Shown one piece after another: positions 63,507 through 64,000 of a stretch of 64,000 nt of DNA. Each line of letters opens with the position of its first letter. The first letter of the stretch is position 1. The translations under genes and the position numbers were made by a program. The notes below the pieces were generated by a model that saw nothing but the letters and a program-made list of their open reading frames with translations, was not told the DNA's origin and did no database searches. Source of the DNA: Candidatus Moraniibacteriota bacterium (GTDB taxonomy: Bacteria; Patescibacteriota; Minisyncoccia; Moranbacterales; UBA9337); assembly GCA_026985555.1 (NCBI GenBank), contig JALSQF010000003.1:62605-126604 (forward strand), read 5' to 3'.

Positions 63507-64000
63507 ATGTCTCAAAATAATCTACTTAAAAATATTCAAAATTATCTTTTTTCTCAACAAGTTTTACAAAAAAAAGATAAAATTATTATAGCTGTTTCAG
63601 GCGGTCCAGACAGTGTTTTTCTTTTGAATATTTTTAACCAATTAGCTAAAAAATATCAATGGAAATTAGGCGTAGCGCATATTAATTACAATTTAAGAGG
63701 AAAAGATTCTCAAAGAGATGAAAAATTAGTGGAAAATTTAGCTCAAAAATTTAATTATCCCTTTTATTTAAAAAAAATTTCCTTACAGAAAAAAAATGAA
63801 GTTAATGAAAATTTTTTAAGAGAAATTAGATATAATTTTTTTGAGAAAATTAGACAACGTTATGATTATAACTGGATTGTTGTAGGGCACAATCAAGATG
63901 ATCAAGCGGAAACCCTTCTACTTCATTTAATTAGGGGAAGTGGATTGCAAGGATTGTCCGCTATGAATTTTAGAAATAATTATATTGTGCGACCCCTTCT
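63507..64000 (+). CDS. tilS: tRNA(Ile)-lysidine synthetase (partial, runs off window)
   Basis: ATG 63507; AVSGGPDS, HINYNLRG and HNQDDQAET..L.RGSG motifs. Confidence 0.93.
   Translation, partial: MSQNNLLKNIQNYLFSQQVLQKKDKIIIAVSGGPDSVFLLNIFNQLAKKYQWKLGVAHINYNLRGKDSQRDEKLVENLAQKFNYPFYLKKISLQKKNEVNENFLREIRYNFFEKIRQRYDYNWIVVGHNQDDQAETLLLHLIRGSGLQGLSAMNFRNNYIVRPL

Overview
AT-rich bacterial chromosome segment, standard code 11. A Patescibacteria/CPR (Parcubacteria-like) origin is inferred from the short AlaRS, fused double PilB/GspE, 23S-5S operon with no linked 16S, and housekeeping genes lacking Shine-Dalgarno (SD) sites. Core genes: alaS, cca, uppS, miaA, recR, dnaB, ruvB, comEC, ftsK, recA, trxB, tgt, nusA, tig, clpP and partial tilS. 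RNA genes: 23S, 5S, tRNA-Arg(CCT), tRNA-Ser(GCT) and a probable 6S RNA. Two surface-glycan gene groups are also present. Main unexplained signals: (1) five identical copies of a 48-bp perfect palindrome built from three ATTTAAAT octamers, all intergenic and spaced about 14, 14, 13 and 8 kb apart; (2) GC-rich orphan secreted-protein genes with their own promoters, tandem SD sites and terminators; (3) a 1673-aa protein with two GHKL ATPase domains (one apparently permuted), 38-aa repeats and a HExxH motif; (4) a tRNA-Ser-anchored large serine recombinase pseudogene bracketed by an inverted alternative copy of its own 3' end; (5) a candidate multi-hairpin sRNA. All product calls come from motif recognition by eye; no searches were run.
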